A stretch of 64,000 nucleotides of DNA from Candidatus Eremiobacteria bacterium (lineage in GTDB: Bacteria; Vulcanimicrobiota; Vulcanimicrobiia; Vulcanimicrobiales; Vulcanimicrobiaceae). The stretch lies in assembly GCA_963737065.1 (NCBI GenBank), contig CAVTRC010000001.1:2240001-2304000 (forward strand), written 5' to 3'. Under the pieces are notes generated by a model. It had not been told where the DNA came from. It searched no databases and saw only the letters and a list, made by a program, of their open reading frames with translations. Position 1 is the stretch's first letter. The number at the start of each line of letters is the position of its first letter. Below, piece by piece: positions 19,627 through 30,698 of this stretch. A program made the translations under genes and the position numbers.

Positions 19627-21354
19627 CTACGGCAGGTCGATACGATACAACGGCTGACCGTCGAGCCACAAGCGCTGCATTTTGCCGCCCGCATTTGTAT
19701 CGAAGCGCACCGCCGACGCGCCGAGCGCAAACGCTCCGTTTTTCGGAAGAAGCGGCTGCACGCCGTCAACGGTCAAGCGATCTTTGACGACGACGATGCG
19801 CATGACGAGCGGCGTTCCCCAAATGTCGGCCTCATAGCGCCCGGTAAGGCTGTTCCAGGCCGGCGGATACGAGAACGACGACGGGCCGCGGTAGCGTTCG
19901 TTGGTGAAAACCGTCGAACCGTGCGTGAAGCCGTCGACGACTTTGTTCGCATTTCGCGTGAACGCGACGTAGTAATTTGGGAAGTGCGGATCATCGGTCC
20001 AAAACAAGTCGTCGCCGCGCGGGTCGAGTGCGTACGTTGCTCCGCCGTCGAGAAGTTGAACGGTTCCGTTGTTGTTACGCACGCTAACGGCGCCGCCCGT
20101 TGGTCCGCGATAGGTTCCGGCGTACTCCGACGCCACGGCCTTCGGCGGTGGGATCGGCAAAGCAGTTGGTGCCGGCGGCAACGTCGTGCCGAGCTGCTGC
20201 GCGCGTAGTACGGCTATTGCATATTTGACGATCGCGCACGGATGCAGCGGAGCCTCGATGAGATTCGCCATCGCGATGACACCGAAGCCGCGCGTGAGAT
20301 TGGCTTGCATGCATGCCGTGTAGCCGTTGATGCCGCCCGTGTGTCCGATGAGATGATCGCCGTTCGTATTGAAGACCGCAAGCCCGTACCCGTAGCGCGT
20401 GTAAAATTCCGGCCATTCCGCGACTTCCGGCGATGCCGCACCTGCCGGCTTCCCGTTGCTGAGCCGGTCCGGGGTTGTCATTGCGGTGAACGTGGCGGCA
20501 TGCAGTAGTCGCGTGCCTTGCGCACTCTCGCCGTTATTCAGATAGAACCGCATGTACGCCGCCATGTCGCCGGGAGTGGAAATCACCGAGCCTGCCGGAT
20601 TGAGAAAGTCGACCGCCTGTGCGGGAATCAGCGCCGGGTTCGGCGGTGTTGCGACCAAATCTCCGTCGCGAAAAATATAGCCGGTTGCGGTATCGGCCAT
20701 CGTGCGCGCGTCAAAATATGCCGACGAGTGCGCCATGCCGAGCGGTGTGAAGACCGCCGATTCGATACCGTCTTGCCACGAACGGCCGGATACCGTCGCC
20801 TCGATCGCGCCGACCGTCGCAAAACCGTCGTTCGAATACGACCACTTCGTTCCCGGCGTAAAAATCGTATGCGCGTTTCGCAACGCTGCGATTTCATAGC
20901 TATAGCTGCCTTCGAGCGTGTAGTCGTCGGGAATTCCGCCCGTATGCGAAAGCAATTCATGAACGAGGACACGATCGCCACCGCCGATCGACCACCACGG
21001 AAGATATCGCTTCACCGGCGCGTTCAAATCGACGAGCCCGCGATCGTGCAATTGCAGGAGCGCGAGCGACGTCATGGACTTCGAAATCGACCCGATGGGG
21101 AAGCGGGTGTTTTCCGTGACCGGCGTTTTGCTCTCGACGTTCGCATAGCCGAACGTCAAAATTTTCAACGTATGCGTACGATCCGTGATGGCGACCGACA
21201 TGCCGGGCGCCCCTTGTTCGGCAAGCGCACGCGGTCCGTACGCGGCAATCGCGGCGATTGCGTCGTCGATCGATGGACCGCGCGACGATGTTTGCGCTTG
21301 CGCGCCAAATGGAAGCAGCGCGAAAACGAGGGCTATTGTGGCGGCTCTCTTCAT
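19627..21354 (-). CDS. Secreted serine hydrolase (beta-lactamase family) with C-terminal extension
   Basis: Signal peptide MKRAATIALV...AQA, SISK, YSNDG and HTGG motifs. Confidence 0.85.
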   Translation of the reverse strand: MKRAATIALVFALLPFGAQAQTSSRGPSIDDAIAAIAAYGPRALAEQGAPGMSVAITDRTHTLKILTFGYANVESKTPVTENTRFPIGSISKSMTSLALLQLHDRGLVDLNAPVKRYLPWWSIGGGDRVLVHELLSHTGGIPDDYTLEGSYSYEIAALRNAHTIFTPGTKWSYSNDGFATVGAIEATVSGRSWQDGIESAVFTPLGMAHSSAYFDARTMADTATGYIFRDGDLVATPPNPALIPAQAVDFLNPAGSVISTPGDMAAYMRFYLNNGESAQGTRLLHAATFTAMTTPDRLSNGKPAGAASPEVAEWPEFYTRYGYGLAVFNTNGDHLIGHTGGINGYTACMQANLTRGFGVIAMANLIEAPLHPCAIVKYAIAVLRAQQLGTTLPPAPTALPIPPPKAVASEYAGTYRGPTGGAVSVRNNNGTVQLLDGGATYALDPRGDDLFWTDDPHFPNYYVAFTRNANKVVDGFTHGSTVFTNERYRGPSSFSYPPAWNSLTGRYEADIWGTPLVMRIVVVKDRLTVDGVQPLLPKNGAFALGASAVRFDTNAGGKMQRLWLDGQPLYRIDLP

Positions 21355-21394
21355 GTAAGGGGGCGTTCTCCCGGACGTCCGCGAAGGCCTCGGC

Positions 21395-21673
21395 ATGGTC
21401 ACGGCCTTTATTCTGATGAACGTTTCGCGTCCGCGGCTCAAATCGATTGCCGATGATCTGCTCGCCATTGACGGCGTTGCCGAAGTCTATTCCGTCGCGG
21501 GGCCGTTTGATATCGTCGCCATCGCGCGCGTAAAAGAACATGAAGCGCTCAACGATCTGGTCACCGAGCACGTGGCTGCGCTCGACGGCGTGGACCGCAC
21601 CGAGACGCTGATCGCGTTCAAGACCTTCGCGAAAAAAGATCTCGGCATGCTGTGGGACATCGGCGTCGATTAA
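21395..21673 (+). CDS. Lrp/AsnC ligand-binding-domain protein
   Basis: IDGVAEVYSVAGPFDIVA...GVDRTETLIAF. Confidence 0.88.
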   Translation: MVTAFILMNVSRPRLKSIADDLLAIDGVAEVYSVAGPFDIVAIARVKEHEALNDLVTEHVAALDGVDRTETLIAFKTFAKKDLGMLWDIGVD

Positions 21674-21676
21674 GGG

Positions 21677-21997
21677 ATGGCGTCGATGAAGCAAGTCGAA
21701 GACGCGATCTTCGAAAAGGAAGGCTTTCGCGTGAAGCTCGCGGCGCTTGATGGCAAGAAGAGCGTCGCGTTGCCGCCGTACGACTACGAGTACATGGCTC
21801 CGAACAAATGGAAGTTAACGGACTGGCGGATGGTGCGTATGGCGCGGTACATCCCGTTCTTGAAGTCGCTCGAGACATTTCGCGGCGACGGCACGAAAAC
21901 GACGTCCGATATGCGGCTCGGGAATCTGCGCGATACGTACTTCAACGAGCACTGTGCGGATGAGGCTCGCGCGTTGGAGGAAGGCAACACGAACTAG
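21677..21997 (+). CDS. Hypothetical protein
   Basis: 106-aa ORF 3 nt after the AsnC gene, with normal composition. Confidence 0.7.
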   Translation: MASMKQVEDAIFEKEGFRVKLAALDGKKSVALPPYDYEYMAPNKWKLTDWRMVRMARYIPFLKSLETFRGDGTKTTSDMRLGNLRDTYFNEHCADEARALEEGNTN

Positions 21998-23019
21998 AAA
22001 AGCGTTAGTTGCGCGTTCGCTTCCATGTACTCCGCATCGACACCCAGTGTCCGAAGCCGATAGACGAAGTCGCGCCAGCCGTGATTGAGCAACACCTTCT
22101 TCGGCTGCGCGAGCTCGATATAGCGCAAGAGCGAAGGGTAGTCCGCGTGATCGGAAAGTGCGAACCCGTGTTCCGTCCCATAACGAAATAGCGCACCGCG
22201 ATCGACCGACCAACCCGTCAGCACTGCCGTGCGCACTTCGCGGTCCCGCAAAGCTCTCGGCAGCGCTTTTCCGCCCGGCGGCCACACGAGCGCGGATGAT
22301 GCGTCGAAGAGTTCCGCGTGATATCGCTTGTACGGCGGCATCGTCACTCCGCACTTTTCGTAAATGTTCGCGATCGTGTGGATCGCGCCGTGAACGGTCA
22401 CGGCAATCCCGGCGTTGCCGAGAATCGCGATCGCTTCTTGCGCCTTGCCGAGCGAATATGCAAAGAACACCGGAACCGCATCCGTTTCGAGCGCGCTGCG
22501 CGCGAACGCGATCATCGCACCGGCAACCTCTTCGCGCGGTGGAAAGGCGTAATGCGGACGTCCGTACGTGCACTCCATCAACAGTACGTCGCATCGTTTG
22601 ACTTCCGGCGGTTCGGCAGTGAGCGAATGCGACAGTTTGAAGTCGCCCGTGTACACGAACGACCCCGATTCGCCTTCGATCAGCAGTTGCGAACTGCCCA
22701 GAACGTGACCGGCCGAAAAAAGCGTCAGACGATGCTCGCCTTCGAGCCACGGCTCGTTATAGGCATGCTCTTCGAACGCCGGATCGATCCGCGGACGTTC
22801 CGCGCGCGGCAGCAGCGAGGGCTCCTGCGCGGACTGCTCGCGGCGCATGAAGCGCGCACGACAAATCTGCGCCGTATTCGGCGTCGTTACGAGGACCTGA
22901 TGCTCGCGCGCATGATCGCTATGTCCGTGCGAGACGTAGCAGCGATGGCGCGTGCTCATGCTGTCGATCCAAAGATCGAGCGCGTCGACGTACAGGGATT
23001 GTTCCGAGAGGCTAAACAC
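21994..23019 (-). CDS. MBL-fold / beta-CASP-like exonuclease (ligase-associated DNA damage response type)
   Basis: SHGHSDH, AGHVLGS, YTGDFK, ECTYG, YSLGKAQ and LSDHADY motifs. Confidence 0.88.
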   Translation of the reverse strand: MFSLSEQSLYVDALDLWIDSMSTRHRCYVSHGHSDHAREHQVLVTTPNTAQICRARFMRREQSAQEPSLLPRAERPRIDPAFEEHAYNEPWLEGEHRLTLFSAGHVLGSSQLLIEGESGSFVYTGDFKLSHSLTAEPPEVKRCDVLLMECTYGRPHYAFPPREEVAGAMIAFARSALETDAVPVFFAYSLGKAQEAIAILGNAGIAVTVHGAIHTIANIYEKCGVTMPPYKRYHAELFDASSALVWPPGGKALPRALRDREVRTAVLTGWSVDRGALFRYGTEHGFALSDHADYPSLLRYIELAQPKKVLLNHGWRDFVYRLRTLGVDAEYMEANAQLTLF

Positions 23020-23108
23020 GTTCGCCGCCCCTTCGCTTCGGCAGGGCTTCGGCCTTCGCAGGCTAAGCCTGCAAATCTCCTTACGCCAACGGGGTTTTAC
23101 GAAGCACT

Positions 23109-24074
23109 ATGGCACGCATATACGAGAATCTGGCCGATACATTCGGCAATACGCCGCTGGTGAAGATTCCGCGGCTGAACAAGGGGTTACCCGGGACGGT
23201 TCTTGTGAAGATGGAGTCGTTCAACCCGGCCGGCTCGGTCAAAGATCGCATCGGCGTTTCGATGATCGAAGCCGCCGAACGAGACGGCCGCCTGCTTCCT
23301 GGGATGACGATTCTCGAACCGACGAGCGGCAATACGGGTATCGCGCTCGCGTTCGTCGCCGCGGCCAAGGGCTATCGATGTATTCTCGTCATGCCGGACA
23401 CGATGACCGTCGAGCGCCGCAACTTATTGAAAGCGTACGGCGCGCAAGTGGTGCTGACGCCCGGCGCGGACGGCATGAAAGGCGCGATTGCGAAAGCGGA
23501 AGAGATTCGCGCCAAGGATCCGAGCAAATATTTCATTCCGCAGCAATTCGAAAATCCCGCGAATCCGGACGTTCATTACCGCACGAGCGGCGAAGAGCTT
23601 TGGCGCGATACTGACGGCAACATCGACATCCTCGTCTCGATGGTCGGAACCGGCGGTACGATCACCGGTGCGGGACGTCTGCTCAAAGAACGCAAACCCG
23701 GCGTTAGAATCATTGCCGGCGAACCCGATGCATCGCCTGTGCTCTCCGGCGGAAGCCCCGGACCGCACAAGATTCAGGGGACCGGAACCGGGTTCGTACC
23801 AAAGGTTCTCGATACGAGCATCTACGACGAAATCGTCCGCGTGACGGACGCCGATGCGATTGCAACGGCACGCCGCGCGGCGCGTGAGGAAGGCATGCTC
23901 GTCGGCATCTCGTCCGGTGCGAACATCGCTGCCGCGTTGCAAGTTGCCGCACGTCCCGAGTCGGCAGGCAAGACGATCGTTACGATTGCGTGCGACACCG
24001 GCGAGCGGTATTTGAGCAATCCGGTTTTCTCGGAACAGGAAGCGGTCATCGTAGAACCAGCCTTGGTTTCGTGA
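23109..24074 (+). CDS. cysK: Cysteine synthase A
   Basis: [33 protein letters not shown] and DTGERYLS motifs. Confidence 0.95.
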   Translation: MARIYENLADTFGNTPLVKIPRLNKGLPGTVLVKMESFNPAGSVKDRIGVSMIEAAERDGRLLPGMTILEPTSGNTGIALAFVAAAKGYRCILVMPDTMTVERRNLLKAYGAQVVLTPGADGMKGAIAKAEEIRAKDPSKYFIPQQFENPANPDVHYRTSGEELWRDTDGNIDILVSMVGTGGTITGAGRLLKERKPGVRIIAGEPDASPVLSGGSPGPHKIQGTGTGFVPKVLDTSIYDEIVRVTDADAIATARRAAREEGMLVGISSGANIAAALQVAARPESAGKTIVTIACDTGERYLSNPVFSEQEAVIVEPALVS

Positions 24075-25085
24075 GAATTGAAGTTACACGCGGAGATCTC
24101 GTAGAGTCCGTCCATCACGTCGCCGCCGCAGCCGCAACACCGCGCGGCGACGTGATCCTCTCCACCGGCGATATTTCCTCGCCGGTGTTTTTGCGTTCGT
24201 CCGCAAAGCCGTTCATCGCGGCCGCCGCCGTTGAAGCGGGTGTCTGCGAGCGGTTTCGGCTTCGACATGCGTGAAATCGCCGTCATCGCGGCCTCGCATA
24301 CGGGCCAGCCGTTTCATGTGGCGGCGGTTGAATCGATTCTCAAGAAGATCGGCATCGATGAGTCGGCGTTGCATTGCGGCGCGCACTATCCTTACAACGA
24401 AGCGGCCGCCCATGCGCTGATCGAGCGTGGCGAAAAGCCACGCGCCGTTCACAACAACTGCTCCGGAAAACACGCCGGCATTTTAGCACTGTGCAAAGTC
24501 TTGGGTGGCGACCTCTCGACGTATCTTGAAGTATCGAATCCAGCGCAACAAGCGATTCTTTCGTTTTGTGCCCGCATGTCCGATGACGATCCGGCGACGT
24601 GGCCCATCGCAGTCGACGGGTGCGGAATTCCGGTGTACGCAACGAGCCTGCAAAAGGCGGCAACGGCATTCGCGCGATTCGCGTCGTTGACCGAGGTCCA
24701 GCCGCGCGATGCGCGGGCGCTGCTCGTCGTACGTGACGCAATGGTTGCACATCCCGAATATGTGTCGGGAAGAGGCGAATTCGATACGGCGCTGATGACC
24801 GCGGGCGGCGGCAGCGTTGCATGTAAGGCGGGCGCCGAAGGCGTCCACGGCGTGTCGTTGGTTCCCGACGGCGTCGGTTTTGCGAGTAAAGTGGCTGACG
24901 GCGCGAGCCGCGCGCGAGCGCCGGTGACAATGGCGGCGCTGAAGGCGCTTGGTTCGCCCGTAGCGGATGCGACGGAACTGCGCGCCTTTGCGCATCCCGT
25001 CGTGTATAATCGAGCCGGACGCGCGGTCGGCGAAATCCGCCTCGCGACCGACTTCGCCATCGAACAAGCGAGTAGCAGAATTTAA
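24071..25085 (+). CDS. Asparaginase (Rhizobium etli-type, Asparaginase_II), frameshifted near 24260
   Basis: [29 protein letters not shown] and KAGAEG motifs. Confidence 0.85.
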
Positions 25086-28000
25086 TTGCGAGACTATTTG
25101 CGGCCGCTGCAGGAGCGGGTTCTTATTTATGATGGCGCCATGGGCACGCAGCTCATGGCGCTCGACTTAACGGCTTCCGATTTCGGCGGTGAGCGCTATC
25201 ACGGGTGCAATGAAGCGCTCGTCCTCACCCGCCCGGACGTCATTCGCGCGATTCACACCGCGTATTTGGAAGCCGGCGCCGACGTGGTCGAAACCGATTC
25301 GTTCACCGCGTCGCGGTTGAAGCTCGACGAGTACGAACTCGGCGAAAAGACGTACGAGATCAACCGCCGCGCAGCCGAGATCGCACGCGACGCATGCGAC
25401 GCCGTTGCAACGCCGGATTGGCCGCGTTTCGTAGCCGGTTCAATGGGGCCGACCGGCATGCTCGTCTCGTCGTCCGACCCCGCGCTCTCGAAGATCACTT
25501 TTGAAGAGCTCGCAACGATTTACGGCGAGCAAGCGCGCGCGCTCGTCGACGGCGGTGTCGACGTGCTGTTGCTCGAGACGATGCAAGATCTGCTCGAGCT
25601 CAAAGCGGCGATTGCCGGAATCGTCCGTGAGTTTGCGCGCGGCCTGCGCCGTGTGCCCGTTCAAGCGCAGCCGACGCTCATCACCGAAGGACGCATGCTG
25701 CTCGGCACCGACATTCGCGCGATAACGGCGACGCTCGACGCACTGCCGATTGACGCGATCGGATTGAATTGTTCCACGGGGCCGGCCCAAATGCGCGACT
25801 CGGTTCGTTACCTGTCCGAAAACTCGCGTTGTTACGTCAGCGTCATTCCAAATGCCGGGTTGCCGCTCATGGGTCCGAAAGGCGAGACGATCTATCCCGA
25901 AACGCCGGACGAGCTAGCGCGCGAACTTGCGAACTTCGTCCAGGAATTTCACGTCAACATCGTCGGCGGATGCTGTGGCACGACGCCCGCGCACATCAAA
26001 GCCTTGCGTAAAGCGGTCGAGGAAATTCCGTTCAACGCAAAACGCGTCGTGCCGCGCGACTCCGAGGGCGACGATCGTCCGGAATATGTCGCGTCGGCGA
26101 TGACGGCCGTGACGCTCGAACAGCAGCCGAGACCGCTGCTCGTCGGCGAACGGATCAACAGCCAAGGCTCGCGCAAGATGAAGCGCCTCTTGCTCGACGA
26201 CGACTACGACGAGATCATGCTCGTCGCGCGCGAGCAAGTCGAAGGCGGAGCGCACGTCTTGGACGTCTGCTGCGCGCTGACCGAACGAACCGACGAAGAC
26301 GTGCAGATGCGCGAACTCGTCCGCCGTCTCGCGCAATCGATCGAAGCGCCGCTCATGATCGACTCGACGGAGCCGCGCGTACTGCAAGCTCGCGCTGGAA
26401 AACTATCCCGGCCGCGCGATCGTCAATTCCGTGCATCTCGAAGCGGGGCGCTCGAAGATGGACGTGGTGCTGCCGCTCGCGGTGGAGCACGGCGCGGCGG
26501 TCGTTGCGCTGACCATCGACGAAACCGGCATGGCGAAGACGGCGCAGCGCAAGCTCGAGGTGGCGAAGCGGATCTACGATATCGCCGTCGGTGAGTACGG
26601 CCTGCCGCCGGGCGCGCTGATTTTCGACGATTTGACGTTTACGCTCGCAACGGGCGACGCCGAGTTTCTCGAATTCCGCAATCGAAACGATCGAAGGCAT
26701 TCGCTCGATCAAACGCGAGCTTCCCGGCGTGTTGACGTCGCTCGGCGTTTCGAACGTGTCATTCGGATTGAAACCCGCGGCGCGCGCCGCATTGAATTCG
26801 GTTTTTCTCCACCATTGCGTGCAAGCCGGCCTCGATCTTGCGCTCGTCCATGCAAAAGAAATCACGCCGTACGCGGAGATCGAGCCGACCGTACGCGAAC
26901 TTTGCGACGATCTCGTCTTCAATCGCCGCGCGGATGCGTTGAGCGCGCTTCATCGAGCACTTTGAATCGGCTGTCGTTGCGACAAGGTCAGGATGACGCC
27001 GGCGGCGAGCGAAGAAGCGCAAGTTGCCGATCGAGCAGCAGATTCACAATGCGATTCTGCGCCGTCGCAAAGACGGCATCGAAGCGAAGATCGACGTCGC
27101 GCTGCAAGCGCGTACGCCGGTTGCCGTCCTCAACGAGATTTTGCTGCCCGCGATGAAGGACGTCGGCGACAAATTCGGCTGCCGGCGAATTGATTTTGCC
27201 CTTCGTGCTGCAGTCGGCTGAAGTGATGAAGAAAGCGGTCGCGCATCTCGAACAGTTCCTCGAGAAGAAAGAAGGGACGCGACGAAAGGCACCGTCGTTC
27301 TTGCGACGGTGTTCGGCGACGTTCACGACATCGGCAAGAATCTCGTCAACACAATTCTGACGAACAACGGCTACACCGTGCACGATCTCGGCAAACAAGT
27401 GCCGATGAACACGATTCTTCAGAAGGCGGTAGAAGTCGATGCCGACGCGATCGGACTATCGGCACTCCTCGTCTCAACGAGCAAACAGATGCCGATCTGC
27501 GTGCAAGAACAAGAAGCGCGTGGCTTGCAATTCCCGGTGATCGTCGGCGGCGCGGCGATTAACCGCGATTTCGGTCGCCGCATCGCGCTCTTGAATGATG
27601 GTGAGCGCTTCTTCGAGCCGGGACTCTTCTACGCAAAAGATGCGTTCGAGGGACTGGACATCGTGGATCGCTTGACCTCGGACGGTGCGGCTCGCAGTGC
27701 GTTGGTGGAGCGGATTCGTACCGAGGCGTTCGCGCAGCGCGATCGCGCGCGAATTGCTACCGTACACCGTTCGGAAACGCCATCGGTTTCCGCGGTGAAA
27801 AGCGAACTTGCGGACATTCCGCAACCTCCGTTTTGGGGCGCGCAGACACTCGACGCAATCGACGTCGAAGAGCTGTGGCCGTGCTTCGATCTCAAAAGTC
27901 TCTACCGGCTTTCGTGGGGCGCCAGCAATACCAAAGGTGAAGCGTTCGAAGCGCTGTTGCGCGATGAATTCCAGCCGCGGCTGCATCGCTATCAGCACGA

Positions 28001-28604
28001 AGCTGCGCGCGGCGGATTGCTCTTTCCGAAAGTTGCGTACGGGTATTTTCCTGCGGCGGGCGTCGGCAACGACGTGATCGTCTACGACCCGAACGATCGC
28101 TCGCGTGAAATCGCGCGCTTTCCGTTCACGCGCCAAATCGGCGGCGAACATCTGTGCCTCGCCGATTATTTGCGCGAGCCGCGCAGCGGCGAAGGCATCG
28201 ACGTCGTCGCGTTGCAAGTCGTCACGGTTGGTACGGTCGCCGCGCAACGTACGGAAGAACTACAGGCCAAGGGCGACTACAGCGAATCGTATTTCCTTCA
28301 CGGATTCTCCGTGCAATCGGCCGAAGCGCTCGCCGAATGGACGCACCACCGCATCCGCACCGAACTGCGGCTGGAACCGCAACGAGGCAAACGCTATTCG
28401 TGGGGTTACGGCGCGTGTCCCGATCTCTCGCAACACGAGATCGCGTTTGGTCTCCTCGAAGCCACGCAGCGCATCGGCGTCACGCTCACCGAAGCGTTCC
28501 AAATCATACCGGAACAATCGACAGCCGCAATCGTGATGCACCATCCGCGCGCCTCGTATTTCAACGCCGCCGCGGTGAGAGAAACCGCCGCCGCGGGAGT
28601 GTGA
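25086..28604 (+). CDS. metH: B12-dependent methionine synthase, with about 6 frameshifts
   Basis: DGAMGT, LNCSTG, GGCCGT, GERIN, GVSNVSFG, DVHDIGKN and RYSWGYGACP motifs. All domains are present across frames (shifts near 26385, 26675, 26945, 27000, 27180, 27280). Confidence 0.92.
26973..26997 (-). repeat. REP-like repeat copy inside metH
   Basis: gtcgttgcgacaaggtcaggatgac resembles the reverse complement of the 28601 copy. Confidence 0.55.
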
Positions 28605-28624
28605 TCCTGAGCTTGTCGAAGGAC
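28601..28624 (+). repeat. REP-like palindromic repeat (GTSATCCTGAGCTTGTCGAAGGA type)
   Basis: gtgatcctgagcttgtcgaaggac, which contains the metH stop codon. Confidence 0.65.
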
Positions 28625-28629
28625 GCTAA

Positions 28630-29526
28630 ATGAGCGTCCTTTCGATCGTTCTGGTCGCTGCTGGCGTTGCTCGCCATCGTGTACATCGTTATATGGGTGC
28701 GCGAGATGCCGAACGCCGGCGGGTTCTCGTTTCCCGGTGCGGGACGGCTCGGCATCGGGTTTCTCACCGATTTCCTCGACACGCTCGGCATCGGATCGTT
28801 CGCGCCGACGACGTCTCTCTTCAAGTTTTTCAAGCTCGTGCCGGACGAAAAAATTCCCGGCACGCTGAACGCCGGTCACGCGTTGCCGACGATTGCGGAA
28901 GCGCTCGCGTTGACACGACGGTCATCGGCGTCGATCCGCTAACGATGATGGCGTTGATTATTGCTTCCGTCGTGGGGGCGTGGCTTGGCGCCGGACTGGT
29001 TGCGCGCTGGCCTCGTCGCTACGTGCAGGTCGGGATGGGCGGCGCGCTGACGGCCGCGGCGCTGCTCTTCATCATGGAGAATCTCAAACTCGTCCCGGCG
29101 GCGGAACAGCGCTCGGCTTGACGGGCGGATTGCTCGTTCTCGCCATCGTCATCAACTTTTGTCTGGGTGCGCTCATGACGATCGGCATCGGATCTTTACG
29201 CGCCGTGCTTGATCATGATCAGCCTCCTCGGGATGGATCCGAGCGCAGCGTTTCCGATCATGATGGGCTCATGCGCGTTCCTTATGCCGCCGGCGAGCAT
29301 CCGGTTCATCAGCTTCAATGCCTACGAGCTGAAAGCGGCGCTCGGACTGACACTCGGCGGTATTCCGGGCGTACTCGTGGCGGCGTTCATCGTGAAGTCA
29401 CTGCCGCTCAAGCGCGTGCGCTGGCTCGTCGTCGTAGTGGTCGTCTACGCTGCGTTCACCATGTTGCGCTCGGCGCTTGCGGAACGCCGCGCGATTCCGG
29501 GAGAAGCCGCCGAAGTTCACGGCTAG
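28630..29526 (+). CDS. TSUP/TauE-SafE family transporter, frameshifted
   Basis: TDFLDTLGIGSFAPTT, IPGTLN and AFPIMMGSCAFLMP, split over several frames. Confidence 0.8.
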
Positions 29527-29579
29527 TCGAGGCCGAAAAAATCGCTCGTTTGATTCGTAGAGCGATTGATGTTTTCGCG

Positions 29580-30377
29580 ATGATACTTGCCGCGCAGATC
29601 GCGGCATCTTCAATTGCCGCGCCGGTCGATGCGCATGAACTATATGTCGCTGCGATTCGCGCAATGAGCGATTTGCGGCAACCCTCATATGTTACATATC
29701 GATTGGTCGGCCAGAGCGACGGCATGAAGGTCGGACTCATCGTGATGGGCGGAAATCTGTGGCTCGCCATGGGCGGCGGTGATGCGCCGTCCGATTGGTC
29801 CGTGGAGCATCGCACGTTCGACTACAAGAGCATCGTTAGCGATGCGACCACCGGAAAGCAATACACGACGGCACGTTCCTTTTTCGATCCGACGTGGTAC
29901 GGAACCGAACGCGCGCTGCGTTTAGGGATGTTGAATTCCCAAGATCCAGCCGCGGCTCATCACACCGAGAACGATCCGACGCCGCCGCCCGGACCGTCGC
30001 TTCGCACGATCGCCGTCACGACGGTCATGAGTCCGGCGCTGTACAACGTCGAGGATCGCGGACCAACGCAATGTGCGAACGGCGATGCCGGGCGAGCGCT
30101 GCACGTGTGGTCGCGCGCGCATAACGTGATGCATCAGCTTTCCGACGTGACGGTCGACCTCACATCGATGCGCTTCTGCATGATGCGTTACTCCATTGCG
30201 GACACATTCGGCTATCACGGCATCGTCGAGCAGCATTTCGCAAACGTCGGCGGTTACTGGATGCAAACCGACGGACTGCTCGACGGCACGCTGCGGTTCA
30301 TGGGGTTCGCAACGCACCACGGCGTCTGGCGCTACCGCTTCACGGATATGCGGTTTCCTTCGCAACTATCGATTTAG
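29580..30377 (+). CDS. Hypothetical secreted protein
   Basis: Signal-like N-terminus MILAAQIAASSIAAP. This is the 3' part of track ORF 28980..30377. Confidence 0.65.
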   Translation: MILAAQIAASSIAAPVDAHELYVAAIRAMSDLRQPSYVTYRLVGQSDGMKVGLIVMGGNLWLAMGGGDAPSDWSVEHRTFDYKSIVSDATTGKQYTTARSFFDPTWYGTERALRLGMLNSQDPAAAHHTENDPTPPPGPSLRTIAVTTVMSPALYNVEDRGPTQCANGDAGRALHVWSRAHNVMHQLSDVTVDLTSMRFCMMRYSIADTFGYHGIVEQHFANVGGYWMQTDGLLDGTLRFMGFATHHGVWRYRFTDMRFPSQLSI

Positions 30378-30631
30378 CGAACGACGAAACGCTGAGCAAT
30401 CGGCAATAGAATTGAAACAGCGATAAGTCCGATCAGCCACATGAACCGCTGATCGATCTGTGCAAAGCGTGCATCGGCTCGCGCAAATCGTTCGTCAATG
30501 CGTGCGAATCCGGCGTCCATTCGCGTCTCCAGGCTGCCGAGCCGCTGCTCCACGTTGCCGAGCCGATGGTTGATCTGCTCGTATCCACCCTCGAGGTGAG
30601 CCATCCGAACTTCAAGTGCTTGCGCGCTCAT
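30374..30631 (-). CDS. Small coiled-coil protein with C-terminal TM helix (CCDC90/DUF1640-like)
   Basis: Heptad repeats RLGNVEQ RLGSLET...GFARIDE RFARADA RFAQIDQ followed by WLIGLIAVSILL. Confidence 0.75.
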   Translation of the reverse strand: MSAQALEVRMAHLEGGYEQINHRLGNVEQRLGSLETRMDAGFARIDERFARADARFAQIDQRFMWLIGLIAVSILLPIAQRFVVR

Positions 30632-30698
30632 TACGCTAGATCTATCACGCGGCCGCCTCACGTATGCGCATCACCGCGCGTTATCCGAAACATGGGCT

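Noticed and set aside
25086..28604. Programmed frameshifting or an intein in metH
   Set aside because: The shifts are numerous, lack slippery heptamers, and the total length matches ordinary MetH.
28980..30377. 465-aa ORF as one protein
   Set aside because: The 5' half is an alternative frame of the tauE gene. The real protein starts near 29580.
30440..30580. Tandem DNA repeat
   Set aside because: It reflects protein heptad repeats of a coiled-coil ORF.
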